A DNA stretch of 64,000 bases from Kofleriaceae bacterium (GTDB taxonomy: Bacteria > Myxococcota_A > Polyangia > Haliangiales > Haliangiaceae), in NCBI GenBank assembly GCA_046597055.1, contig JBKJLC010000202.1, positions 21,121 through 85,120 on the forward strand, in the 5' to 3' direction. Positions 29,628 through 38,942 of the stretch are shown here, piece by piece (the stretch's first letter is position 1; the number at the start of each line of letters is the position of its first letter). The notes under the pieces are model-generated. The model ran no database searches. It was given only the letters and a program-made list of their open reading frames with translations, and was not told the origin of the DNA. The position numbers and the translations under genes were made by a program.

Positions 29628-31541
29628 TCAGAACGCCTCGCCGAGGCTGAGGTGGTAGGCGATCCGTTCGCCGGCGCGCAGCTCGCCCGCGCCCAGCCGG
29701 TTGAGCCGCACGCCGACGTCGACCCGGACCGCGCCGACCACGGTCGGGATGCGCAGGCCGGCGCCGGCCGCCCAGTGCAGGCGGGTCAGGTCGAGCTCGG
29801 CGTGGCGCTCGGTGACGTCGGCGCCGTCGAGGAAGGTGGCGCCGTCGACGCGCAGCTTCCACACCGTGCCGAGCCGGGCCCGCACCTCGGCGCCGGCCTC
29901 GACCATCGCGCCGCCGCCGTACACCGCCGTGCGCTCCGTGCCGTCGATCACCGCGGTCGCGGTCGGCGCCAGCCGCCGCTCGGGGAAGCCGCGCTGGCTG
30001 TAGGCCCCGCCGGCGAACAGGCGACGGGTCACCGGGATCTGGCCGGTGATCACGCCGTACCGGACCCGGGCCGCCAGCGTGAGCGGCCGCCAGGACACGT
30101 ACCCGCGCAGCTCGGGGACGGCGCGGAGGTAGTCGATCGCGCTGCCGGCGAGCGCCGTGCCCTCCTCGAGCCGCAGCTCGGCGTACCCGCCGGTGCGAGG
30201 CGCGACCGGGTTGTCGCGCAGGTCGACGATCAGGGTCTGCGAGAAGAAGCCGAGCCGGTAGCGGAAGTCGTCGGAGGCGGGGTCGCCAGCGAGGCCGAGC
30301 CGGGTCGCCAGCCCCGGCTCGGTCCCCATCTCGATCGCCTCGTCGACGTCCTCGAACCGGAGCACCCGCAGCTCCCAGCCGATCGCGAGCGACGCGACCT
30401 CGCCGATGATCGGCGAGCGCAGCCCGAGCCGCAGCCTCGGTCCGATGGCGGTGTAGGCCTCGAGCGCCTCGTACGAGAACCCGGCCTCGGCCTCGCCGCG
30501 CAGCCGCGGCCGCCACAGGTCGATGCGATCGAGCCCGGCGACCGCATCGATCCGCGGCTCGACCTTGCCGTCGGCGCGCTGCAGCGCGACCGCCGGCCGC
30601 AGCTCGATCCGGCTGCTGGTGAGCGCCTCGGGGAAGCCTGCGATCGAATAGCCGGCGCGCGCGCGCACCTGGTAGGCGGCGCGGTCCAGCCCGAAGCCGC
30701 CGCCGAGCCGCAGCTCGCGCGGCGTGGTGGGCAGCACCGAGACCGTCACCGGCACCGCCGGCAGGCCGGCCGAACGATCGGGCTCGACCCGCACGCTGGC
30801 GAAGCGGCCCATGTCGCGGAGGGTGTTCTGGGTCGCCACCAGCTGCTTCGACGAGTACGGCTCGCCTTCGCGGATCAGGAACCGCGCCCGCGCCGCGGTG
30901 GCCAGCTTGCCGTCGACGCCGAGCAGGCCGATGGTGCCGAACCGCGCGCGGACGCCGGGCGCGAAGGTCAGCCGGATCGTCGCCTGGGCGCGCGCGCGAC
31001 TGGCATCGACCCAGGCGTCGACCCGGCCGTGGGCGTAGCCGTGCGCCTCGAGCAGCGCGATCAGCTCCGGCTTGGCCAGGTCGTACACCGCGTAGTCGAA
31101 GGGCGCGTCGTTGGCGAGGGGGATGGTGCGGCGCACGTCGTCGTAGGTCAGCTCGGGTGGTAGCCCGTCGATCTCCACGCCGGCCAGGGTGGCGCGGGGG
31201 CCCTCGGTGACCCGGAAGCGCACGGTGACGCCCCGGCGGCCCTCGATCACGTCGCTCTCGACCAGCGCGGCGAAGTAGCCGCGACGCGCGTACAGGCTGA
31301 TCAGGCGGTCGCGGTCGGTGCGCACGTGGGCCGGCTCGAACGACTGCCCGTCGCGACGGGCGCGCTCGGTGACCATGCCTTCGATCAGATCGTCGTGGTC
31401 GAGGGCGCTGACCCCGACCAGCTCGATCCCCGCGACCCCCTGCTCGCCGGCCGGCCGCACCACCCGCTTCGCCGGCGCGCCGCACGCCGCGCTCAGCGCG
31501 ACGGCGATCACGAGCACCAGCGCGGGGAGCGAGACACGCAC
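29628..31541 (-). CDS. tamA: TamA-like Omp85 protein with POTRA domains, possibly lipidated
   Basis: LSAAC lipobox-like signal, POTRA motifs (LYARRGYF, VTEGP, LRDMGRFASV), barrel DLRDNPVAP, LFAGGAYSQRGF, terminal HLSLGEAF. Confidence 0.85.
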   Translation of the reverse strand: MRVSLPALVLVIAVALSAACGAPAKRVVRPAGEQGVAGIELVGVSALDHDDLIEGMVTERARRDGQSFEPAHVRTDRDRLISLYARRGYFAALVESDVIEGRRGVTVRFRVTEGPRATLAGVEIDGLPPELTYDDVRRTIPLANDAPFDYAVYDLAKPELIALLEAHGYAHGRVDAWVDASRARAQATIRLTFAPGVRARFGTIGLLGVDGKLATAARARFLIREGEPYSSKQLVATQNTLRDMGRFASVRVEPDRSAGLPAVPVTVSVLPTTPRELRLGGGFGLDRAAYQVRARAGYSIAGFPEALTSSRIELRPAVALQRADGKVEPRIDAVAGLDRIDLWRPRLRGEAEAGFSYEALEAYTAIGPRLRLGLRSPIIGEVASLAIGWELRVLRFEDVDEAIEMGTEPGLATRLGLAGDPASDDFRYRLGFFSQTLIVDLRDNPVAPRTGGYAELRLEEGTALAGSAIDYLRAVPELRGYVSWRPLTLAARVRYGVITGQIPVTRRLFAGGAYSQRGFPERRLAPTATAVIDGTERTAVYGGGAMVEAGAEVRARLGTVWKLRVDGATFLDGADVTERHAELDLTRLHWAAGAGLRIPTVVGAVRVDVGVRLNRLGAGELRAGERIAYHLSLGEAF

Positions 31542-31594
31542 CCGGGTACGACGCCTCGCCCCGGCGCATGATGCAAGCGTCCGTCCCGATGCCA

Positions 31595-33334
31595 TTACGT
31601 GCGGGCCGCCCGCCCCCATGGATGAGCCGCAATCAACCGGTCGGCGCGCTCACGGACGGCGGGCTCGAGACGACTTGCGAAGGCCGCCTCGAGCATCCAG
31701 GCCAGCTCGCCGGCCGAGGCCAGGCGGCGCGCCGCATCCTTGGCCAACGCCAGGGCCACCACGCGATCGACGTCGCGCGGCAGGGTTTCGACGAGCTCGG
31801 ACGGGCGCAGCGGCATGCTGTAGACGACGGCGAAGAGGATCTGGGGGACGCCGGCGCCGCCGAACGGCGGCCGGCCCACCAGCGTGCGGTAGATCACGGC
31901 GCCGAGCGAGAACACGTCGCCCCGGCGATCGACCGTCTGGCCGCGCGCCTGCTCCGGTGACATGTAGCTCGGGGTTCCGACCAGCCCACGCTGGGTCAGC
32001 GTGCCATTCGATCCGGTCAACGTCGAGACCCCGAAATCGAGGACCTTCCAGACCCCGCGCGACGAGCCCGGCGTCCGCGATCGGAACAGGTTTTGCGGCT
32101 TGAGGTCGCGGTGAACGATGCCCGCGTCGTGGGCGAGGTCGAGGCCACGGGCGACCTGCTGCACCATCTCGATGGCGTCGACCGGCCCGAGGGTGCGGCT
32201 CTGGCGCAGCACGACCGCCAGATCCTCACCGACCAGCAGCTCCATCGCGAGGTAGGGCCCGATGCCCTCGACCTGCCCGAGCTCGTGGATGCGCACGATG
32301 TGCGGGGAGTCGAACCGGGCCATGATCTCGCCCTCGCGCAGGAACCGCGCCAGGATCCGGTGGTTGGCCAGGCCGTCGCCGCGCAGCAGCTTGACCGCGC
32401 CGAGCTCGCCGCCGTCAACCTGACGTCCGAGGTAGACCTCGCCCATCGCGCCGCGGCCGATGATCTCGGCAAGCTCGAACCGCCCGACCCGGCGGCCGGT
32501 GAAGCGTCCGACCCGGCCAGCGTCGGCCCGCAGCGCCTGGTCGAGGACCTGGTTGGCCTCGTTGAGCTGGGCCTCGCGCTGGCCGGCCAGCCGGAGGGCG
32601 TCGTTGGCACGTTCGACCGCGCGGATCATCGTGGCCCGCGACAGCCGCGCGATCCACAGCGTGAGCCCGAGCACGGTCGGCACCATCACCAGCACGAACA
32701 GCCGGGCCGGCATCGACGCCACCGGCGCGCTCAGCACACCATGGTCGGGGATCACGCCGAGCAAGGTCAGGGTCGCCAGCACCAGGTAGCCCCCGATCGC
32801 GTACAGCGGGACCGCCACCGCGTAGCGACGGTCGAGGCCGAGCCCGAAGAAGCTGATGCCGAGCGTGATCACGACCGGGGTCGGCGAGAACACGCCAAAG
32901 AAGTGGAGGACCTCGAACGACATGGTGGCCACGGTCCAGCCGAAGATCCGGAACACCGTGGTCGTGTAGCCGGCCTCGCGGCGGGTCCGGTGCAGCACCC
33001 AGAGGGAGACCCCGCTCAGCACCGCCAGCGAGGCCATGAATGGCAGGCGGCGCGCCCACGGCGCGGGCAGCAGCGGCGTGTACGCCAGGGCCGCGGCGCA
33101 CAGCACCAGCAGCGCGACCGACCAGGCGCGTGCGCGCTGGAGCTCCTCGGCCCGCAGCGCCGCGTTCATCTCGGCCGACGCCACGCCGGCGCCGGAGGGC
33201 GGGGGCGTGGTGGCGGAGTCGAACCGGTCGACCACGCCCGACGACGGCGAGGCGATGCGCGGCAGGCTGACCGTGGCCTGCTCGTCATCGTCGTCGACCA
33301 GCCCCGCCGCGGTCGCGTCCCCGGTCGTCGTCAC
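31595..33334 (-). CDS. Membrane-anchored Hanks-type Ser/Thr protein kinase (N-terminal multi-TM domain)
   Basis: IGRGAMGEVY, AVKLL, HRDLKPQN, DFG and GTPSYMSPEQ, preceded by about 5-6 TM helices and a helical linker. Confidence 0.93.
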   Translation of the reverse strand: MTTTGDATAAGLVDDDDEQATVSLPRIASPSSGVVDRFDSATTPPPSGAGVASAEMNAALRAEELQRARAWSVALLVLCAAALAYTPLLPAPWARRLPFMASLAVLSGVSLWVLHRTRREAGYTTTVFRIFGWTVATMSFEVLHFFGVFSPTPVVITLGISFFGLGLDRRYAVAVPLYAIGGYLVLATLTLLGVIPDHGVLSAPVASMPARLFVLVMVPTVLGLTLWIARLSRATMIRAVERANDALRLAGQREAQLNEANQVLDQALRADAGRVGRFTGRRVGRFELAEIIGRGAMGEVYLGRQVDGGELGAVKLLRGDGLANHRILARFLREGEIMARFDSPHIVRIHELGQVEGIGPYLAMELLVGEDLAVVLRQSRTLGPVDAIEMVQQVARGLDLAHDAGIVHRDLKPQNLFRSRTPGSSRGVWKVLDFGVSTLTGSNGTLTQRGLVGTPSYMSPEQARGQTVDRRGDVFSLGAVIYRTLVGRPPFGGAGVPQILFAVVYSMPLRPSELVETLPRDVDRVVALALAKDAARRLASAGELAWMLEAAFASRLEPAVRERADRLIAAHPWGRAART

Positions 33335-33402
33335 GGAAACAGTGTAGCTGGTTCTGGTCGACCGGAATTCGCGTGGGCCGGACCCGGGCGCTGGCTGCGC
33401 GG

Positions 33403-34644
33403 TCAGTTACTGGCGGGGGTCTCGCGGCCGATCACGATCGGCGCGCAGGTCGAAACGCCAGCGCCGACCACGACGTACTGCTGGTTCGTCAGCGGGACGG
33501 TGTGGGCCATGGTCGAGCGGTTGAGCGCGTGAACGCTGGCGATCGGGCCGGTGCCGGTGAGCGCGTTGACCGTGGTGACGAACACGTAGAACGTGCCGCC
33601 CCACTGCGCGAAGGCCCAGGCCCGGACCGAGCGGCCGGCGGCGGCGAGGTCGAACGACAGGCGCTGGCCGACCCCGGCGCCGGTGACCTTGTCGATCTGC
33701 TGGACGAAGGCGTTGGCCACGGTGTCGGGGAAGAACGCCCACAGGGTGGCATCGCCCAGGCCGCTGTACTCGGCGCTGTACTCGGCCGTCGGACCGACCG
33801 CGGCGACCCGGTTGATGGCGAGGGTGGTCGTGTCGATCCAGCCCAGCGAGCCCGAGGTCTGCAAGTCGGCGTTGCCGCCGCCGATCCACAGCTTCTCGGT
33901 GTCGCCGCCGGCCGCGTCGGTGACGAAGCCCATGCCGAACAGGTCCCAGCGCTGGCCACCCACGTTCTGGCTGGCGACGAAGTCGGTGGGCTGGCACGAC
34001 GCGTCGGCGGTCGAGACCTTGAAGATCTTGCCGCTGTTGTAGAGCACCCAGGCGACCGCGTCGCGGTCGACCGCCATCGAGAACGGCGTCGCCGGCGCGT
34101 TCGGATTGTTCGGGTCGGGCTCGAACGGCGTCCCCGGGTTGGGGCAGTTGAGCCGGCCGATCAGGCGGTACGGGCCGCCGGCCGCGCCGATGAGGCGAGG
34201 GTCGAACGCGACCAGGTTGTACGCGTCGTCGACGACGTAGATGAGGTCGACGCCGTCAGCCGAGCACGCGCGCGCGCACGCGCCGCTCGAGCACTCGGTG
34301 CCGGCGGCGCAGGTCTCGACGGTGGATCCGAACGTCCCGTCGGCGTTGCAAGTCACGACGCTGTTGCCGTTGCACGCGTTGCCGCTGCCGGGGACGCAGT
34401 CGAGGCAGCCGCCGTTGCTGGCGTCGCACGCGTTGGGGCAGTTCTCGGTGGTCGTGAACGAGCTGCCCTGGCAGGTCTGGTACTGGGTGCCGATGCAGCG
34501 GGTCTCGCTGCCGCTGCACGAATCGGCGCCGCCGTCGCCGTCGCCGACATCGTCGTCGTCGCCGCTGCCGCCACTGGGACCGCAGGCCGCAACGAGGCAC
34601 GCGAAGGCGAGGGTGAAGCATGAAACCAAGGTGCGCGATGCCAT
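33403..34644 (-). CDS. Myxobacterial Cys-rich lipoprotein with C-terminal beta-propeller-like domain
   Basis: Lipobox VAAC, GDDDDVG linker, Cys repeats, PFSMAVDR, WAFAQWGGTFYVF, VVGAGVSTCAP. Confidence 0.8.
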   Translation of the reverse strand: MASRTLVSCFTLAFACLVAACGPSGGSGDDDDVGDGDGGADSCSGSETRCIGTQYQTCQGSSFTTTENCPNACDASNGGCLDCVPGSGNACNGNSVVTCNADGTFGSTVETCAAGTECSSGACARACSADGVDLIYVVDDAYNLVAFDPRLIGAAGGPYRLIGRLNCPNPGTPFEPDPNNPNAPATPFSMAVDRDAVAWVLYNSGKIFKVSTADASCQPTDFVASQNVGGQRWDLFGMGFVTDAAGGDTEKLWIGGGNADLQTSGSLGWIDTTTLAINRVAAVGPTAEYSAEYSGLGDATLWAFFPDTVANAFVQQIDKVTGAGVGQRLSFDLAAAGRSVRAWAFAQWGGTFYVFVTTVNALTGTGPIASVHALNRSTMAHTVPLTNQQYVVVGAGVSTCAPIVIGRETPASN

Positions 34645-34775
34645 GAGAGTCCTCCTGGGGCAAACGTCCCGTCCGACGTGCGAGGTGTCTTGTACCGCAC
34701 CGGCCCCCGTCGGGGGAAGCGTCGCGACGGCCCCTGCCCCGGCATCCCGGCGCGGGGCTGATATGCTCCGCGCCG

Positions 34776-35327
34776 ATGGCGACCTTCGTGCAAGGCTGGG
34801 GGCTGACCGTGCTCCTGCTGGTGGTCATCACGCTGGTCTTCTTCGCCGGCCTGGTCCACCTGCGCGGCGAGCTGCGCTGGGTGCGCACGCTCACCGACCA
34901 CCTCGGGCTCGAGCTGGTCGACGAGACCGCGGCGCGGCGCCAGGGCGGGCTCGAGCTGGAGGCGATCCGTGACGAAGCGCACGCGGTGCGGACCGCGACC
35001 GACCCGGCGTGGGCCCAGAAGCAGGTGCGGACCTGGCAGATGCGCGCGTTCCGGCTGGAGCCAGCCCTGCTGTTCTGGACCGACCTGCTGCGTCAACTCG
35101 GGCTGCTCGGCACCGTGCTGGGCCTGGGCCTGGCGCTCGCGGTCAGCGGTGAGGGCGTCGCCGCGCTGATCGGCCCGCTGGCGCTCAAGGTGTGGTCGAC
35201 CGTGTTCGGCCTCGCCTACGCGATCGTGCTGTCGTCGCTGTACGGCATGAAGCTGCCGGCCTGGGTCGACGCCTGCGAGAAGAACATCGAGGCCTGGGAG
35301 GCGCGCCGGCGCGCGGGCACGCCATGA
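34776..35327 (+). CDS. Divergent MotA/TolQ/ExbB proton-channel family protein
   Basis: 3 TM helices, LGLLGTVLGL motif and STVFGLAYAI third helix. Confidence 0.75.
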   Translation: MATFVQGWGLTVLLLVVITLVFFAGLVHLRGELRWVRTLTDHLGLELVDETAARRQGGLELEAIRDEAHAVRTATDPAWAQKQVRTWQMRAFRLEPALLFWTDLLRQLGLLGTVLGLGLALAVSGEGVAALIGPLALKVWSTVFGLAYAIVLSSLYGMKLPAWVDACEKNIEAWEARRRAGTP

Positions 35328-35941
35328 GGCGGCGCCCGCTGCCCTCGCCGTCGGGGTCGATGACCTCGCTGGTCGACATCATGTTCATCCTGGTGTTCGT
35401 GCTGCTCGTGCAGGCCGCCGCGCGCGAGGAGCCGGCCAGCGCTGCGCCCGCGCCCCCGGTGGTGGTGCCGCCCCGACCGCCGGCGCCGCCGGCCGCGACC
35501 GCGAGGGTCCAGCAGGCCGCGCGGGTCGAGCTGGCCCGTCGGATCGAGCGCGCGCCGACCGTGGTCGCGCGGATCCTGCGCGACGGCCGGCTCACCGCCC
35601 TCGAGCTGCCCGACGGCCGGGTCGAGCTGGCGATCCCGCTGGTCATGGGCGTGGCCGATCCCGACGTCGGGCTCGCCTATCTCGGCGACCGGGCGGCCGA
35701 GCTGCGCTTGTGCCACGTCATCGCGCGCGAGCTCGGGGTCGCCGACCTCGATGGCCGGATCGTGGCGATCGCGCCCGAGGCCCCCATCGGCGAGCTGCCG
35801 GTCGCGCTGGTGGCCGGGCTGCGCCGCGATGCCGAGCGGTGCCTGACCGATCAGCGTGCGTTTGCGGTGCTGGTGGATCCAGCGGCGGTCCCGGCGAGCT
35901 CGCCGGCCGACCCCGCGGTCCAGGATGGAGGGATACCATGA
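35324..35941 (+). CDS. ExbD/TolR-like membrane protein with atypical periplasmic domain
   Basis: ATGA overlap with upstream gene. TM MTSLVDIMFILVFVLL with the conserved Asp, then a Pro-rich linker. Confidence 0.7.
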   Translation: MRRRPLPSPSGSMTSLVDIMFILVFVLLVQAAAREEPASAAPAPPVVVPPRPPAPPAATARVQQAARVELARRIERAPTVVARILRDGRLTALELPDGRVELAIPLVMGVADPDVGLAYLGDRAAELRLCHVIARELGVADLDGRIVAIAPEAPIGELPVALVAGLRRDAERCLTDQRAFAVLVDPAAVPASSPADPAVQDGGIP

Positions 35942-36381
35942 GTGATGCGATGGATCGCGCGGAGCGTCGGCGACGCCGGCGCCGACGCTGGTTCGGGCTG
36001 CTGCTGATCGCCGTCCTGGTGGCCTCGTTCTTTCTGATCCGCTGCGGCGGCGGGTTCGGCATCGGCGGTGGCGGCGGGCGTGGCGTCGGCCGCGGGACCG
36101 CCAAGGGCCTGAAGCGGGGCCCGGCCGCGGTGGTCACCGACGCGGGCCCGCGCTGCCGGGTCCGGGTGTCCGCCGCCGGCGTGAGGCTCGACGGCGACGC
36201 CTCGTCGATCGCCGCGGTCGTGGCCGCGTGTCGCCAGGCCGGCGGGGCCGAGGTGATCGTCACCGGCGACGCCCGCCAGGGCCAGTGGGACGAGCTGCGC
36301 GCGGCGCTCGACGCCGCCGCGGTGCCGGCGTTCGTCAACGGCGCCGGCCGCCCGACCCCGACCCTCGACGCCGGGAACTAG
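35938..36381 (+). CDS. Single-TM protein with Gly-rich linker and ExbD-like periplasmic domain
   Basis: ATGA overlap and GGAGG RBS. VRVSAAGVRLDG...VIVTGDARQG...LRAAL resembles the ExbD/TolR C-domain. Confidence 0.6.
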   Translation: MSDAMDRAERRRRRRRRWFGLLLIAVLVASFFLIRCGGGFGIGGGGGRGVGRGTAKGLKRGPAAVVTDAGPRCRVRVSAAGVRLDGDASSIAAVVAACRQAGGAEVIVTGDARQGQWDELRAALDAAAVPAFVNGAGRPTPTLDAGN

Positions 36382-36581
36382 ACGTAGCGGACGGCGTGAA
36401 CCGGCGGCAGCGAGGTCGCGACCTGGTGCCAGGCATCGCCCTGGTTGGCGGTGACCCACAGGTTGCCGGTGCTCGAGCCGAAGCCGAGCTGGTCGCCGTC
36501 CGGGGCGGTGGTGCCCTCGACCTCCGTGCTCGGACACTCGACGTGGCGCCGCAAGTTGGGCGTGAAGACGACCTCGGCCAT
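36378..36581 (-). pseudogene. In-frame deletion fusion of a MoaD/ThiS N-terminus and the C-terminus of a BNR/sialidase-like protein
   Basis: MAEVVFTPNLRRHVECPSTEVEGTT joined to APDGDQLGFGSSTGNLWVTANQGDAW..LPPVHAVRYV. Confidence 0.7.
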
Positions 36582-36646
36582 CGGGGCGGACTGTACCCGA
36601 AGGCCGCGGCGTGGACGCGGGAGCGAGCGCGCGGTAGCGTCCGCCG

Positions 36647-37204
36647 ATGAGCCCACTGGCGGAGTCCGCGCACGCCCTGCGTCCGTTCGCGTGCGTGGTC
36701 GCCGCGGACCAGGCGGGCGGCATCGGCCGCGCCAACGATCTACCGTGGCCCAAGCTCAAGGCCGACCTGCGCCACTTCCGCGACCTCACGTCGATCGCGC
36801 CCGCCGGCCAGCGCAACGCGGTGATCATGGGGCGCAAGACCTGGGACTCGGTGCCGCCGAAGTACCGGCCGCTGCCCGACCGGCTCAACGTCGTGATCTC
36901 GCGCGGCCAGGTCGCGCGGCCCGACGGCGTCCTGCTCGCGGGCTCGCTCGACGACGCGCTGGCGCATGCGGCCGCGGTGCCCGACGTCGACCAGCTGTTC
37001 GTGGTCGGCGGCGGCGAGATCTACTGGCAGGCGTTCGCGCACGACCGCTGCCGCGACGTGTTCCTCACCCGGCTCGCCAGCACGTTCGACTGCGACACCT
37101 TCATCCCGCCGGTCGCCGAGCGCTTCGCGCTGGCCGAGACGCTCGGCAGCCACCAGGACGCCGGCGTCGCCTACACGATCGAGCGCTGGGCACGCTGTCG
37201 CTAG
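36647..37204 (+). CDS. folA: Dihydrofolate reductase
   Basis: [54 protein letters not shown]. Confidence 0.97.
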   Translation: MSPLAESAHALRPFACVVAADQAGGIGRANDLPWPKLKADLRHFRDLTSIAPAGQRNAVIMGRKTWDSVPPKYRPLPDRLNVVISRGQVARPDGVLLAGSLDDALAHAAAVPDVDQLFVVGGGEIYWQAFAHDRCRDVFLTRLASTFDCDTFIPPVAERFALAETLGSHQDAGVAYTIERWARCR

Positions 37205-38001
37205 ACCGCGATCGGGAACTTGATGAACGGGTGGTGCTGGTAGCCGTCGAGGCGGATGTCGTCGAAGCCGAGCTCGAGCAGCGGCTTGTCGGCGAGGTGC
37301 AGGGTCGGCAGCGGGAACGGCTCGCGCTCGAGCTGCTGCTTCACGCCCTCGACGTGATTGAGATAGATGTGGGCGTCGCCGAGCGTGTGGACCAGGTGGC
37401 GCGGCCGCTTCCCGGTCTCCTGCGCGACCATCGCGAGCAGGAGCGCGTAGCTGGCGATGTTGAACGGCACGCCCAGGGCGAGATCGGCCGAGCGCTGGTA
37501 GAGCTGCACGTCGAGCCAGTCGCCGGCGACATAGAACTGGAACAGCGCGTGGCACGGCGGCAGCTTCATCTTCGGCACGTCGGCGACGTTCCACGCCGAC
37601 ACGATCAGGCGGCGCGAGGTCGGGTCGCGCCGGATCGACTCGATCACCTCGCGGATCTGATCGATGCCGGTGCCGGGCGGCGCGCCGGGGGCCGCGCCCC
37701 AGTTGCGCCACTGGAAGCCGTAGATCGGACCCAGCTCGCCGTCGGCATCCGCCCACGCGTCCCAGATCGGCGTGTGCTCGGTCAGCCCGTCGTTGATGTT
37801 GGTCGCGCCGCGCAGGAACCAGAGCAGCTCGCGCACGACCGCGGGGAACAGGACCTTCTTGGTCGTGACGATCGGGAACCCGGCCCGCAGATCGTAGCGA
37901 GCCTGAGCGCCGAACACCGACAGCGTGCCGGTGCCGGTGCGGTCGATCCGACGCTCGCCGTCGGCGAGCACCAGGCGCAGCAGGTCGAGGTAGGGCCGCA
38001 T
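37201..38001 (-). CDS. thyA: Thymidylate synthase
   Basis: [58 protein letters not shown]. Confidence 0.98.
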   Translation of the reverse strand: MRPYLDLLRLVLADGERRIDRTGTGTLSVFGAQARYDLRAGFPIVTTKKVLFPAVVRELLWFLRGATNINDGLTEHTPIWDAWADADGELGPIYGFQWRNWGAAPGAPPGTGIDQIREVIESIRRDPTSRRLIVSAWNVADVPKMKLPPCHALFQFYVAGDWLDVQLYQRSADLALGVPFNIASYALLLAMVAQETGKRPRHLVHTLGDAHIYLNHVEGVKQQLEREPFPLPTLHLADKPLLELGFDDIRLDGYQHHPFIKFPIAV

Positions 38002-38042
38002 CGCGCCTCGTATACCACCGGCGCTGTGATAGGTCTCCCGCG

Positions 38043-38879
38043 ATGTTCCCGACCGCGGTCCGCTTCACCGAGCTGGTCGAACGCTACGACGCCTTTCTGT
38101 TCGATGCCTACGGCGTGCTCGTGGATGCCGGCGGCCCCTGCCCGGGCGCGGCCGCCGCGCTGGCCGCGGTGCGCGCCGCCGGCAAACCGCTGCTGGTGGT
38201 GAGCAACGACGCGTCGCGCCTGCCGGCCACCGCCGAGGCCCGGTTCGCCCGGGTCGGGCTGCCGATCGCGGCCGACGAGATCGTGCTGTCGAGCGGCCTG
38301 ATCGCCGCCGACGTGGCGGAGCACGGGCTCACCGGCGCGGTCGCGATGGTGCTCGGCACCCCCGACGCGCGCGCGGCCGCGACCGCCGCCGGCCTCGTGG
38401 TGGTGCGGCCCGACGACGCCGCCGCGATCGACCTGCTGCTGGTGTGCGATGACAGCGGCTTCGAGTTCCTCGCCGGCATGAACGCGGCGCTCACGGCGTG
38501 TGTACGCGCACTCGATGCCGGCCGCGCGCTCACGCTGGTGTGCCCCAACCCCGATCTGGTCTACCCGCGCGGCGGCGGCGCCCTCGGCTTCACCGCTGGC
38601 TCGATGGCGATGATCCTCGAGGCCGCGCTGGTCCGCCGCGACCCCGGCGCGCCGCGCTTCCGCTACCTCGGCAAGCCGCACCCGCCGATCTTCGCCGAGG
38701 CGCGTCGGCGCGTGCCCGGCGCGACCCGGCTGCTGATGGTGGGCGATCAGCTCGAGACCGACATCGCCGGCGCCCGCGCGGCCGGGATCGACGCCGCGCT
38801 GGTCACCGGCATCTCGCGCTGGCGCGTCGGCGCGACCGCGCCCGACCTGGCGCCGCACTGGCTGCTCGACTGGCTGTGA
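38043..38879 (+). CDS. HAD-superfamily class IIA hydrolase (NagD-like)
   Basis: [37 protein letters not shown]. Confidence 0.92.
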   Translation: MFPTAVRFTELVERYDAFLFDAYGVLVDAGGPCPGAAAALAAVRAAGKPLLVVSNDASRLPATAEARFARVGLPIAADEIVLSSGLIAADVAEHGLTGAVAMVLGTPDARAAATAAGLVVVRPDDAAAIDLLLVCDDSGFEFLAGMNAALTACVRALDAGRALTLVCPNPDLVYPRGGGALGFTAGSMAMILEAALVRRDPGAPRFRYLGKPHPPIFAEARRRVPGATRLLMVGDQLETDIAGARAAGIDAALVTGISRWRVGATAPDLAPHWLLDWL

Positions 38880-38942
38880 GCAGAACGGCGAGTCACGGCA
38901 GATTCGGTCACGAGGGAAGGCGCCGCCGTGCGCTCCCGTATC

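Noticed and set aside
34776..36381. Zorya anti-phage system
   Set aside because: No long ZorA tail, no OmpA-like ZorB domain and no ZorC/D/E genes.
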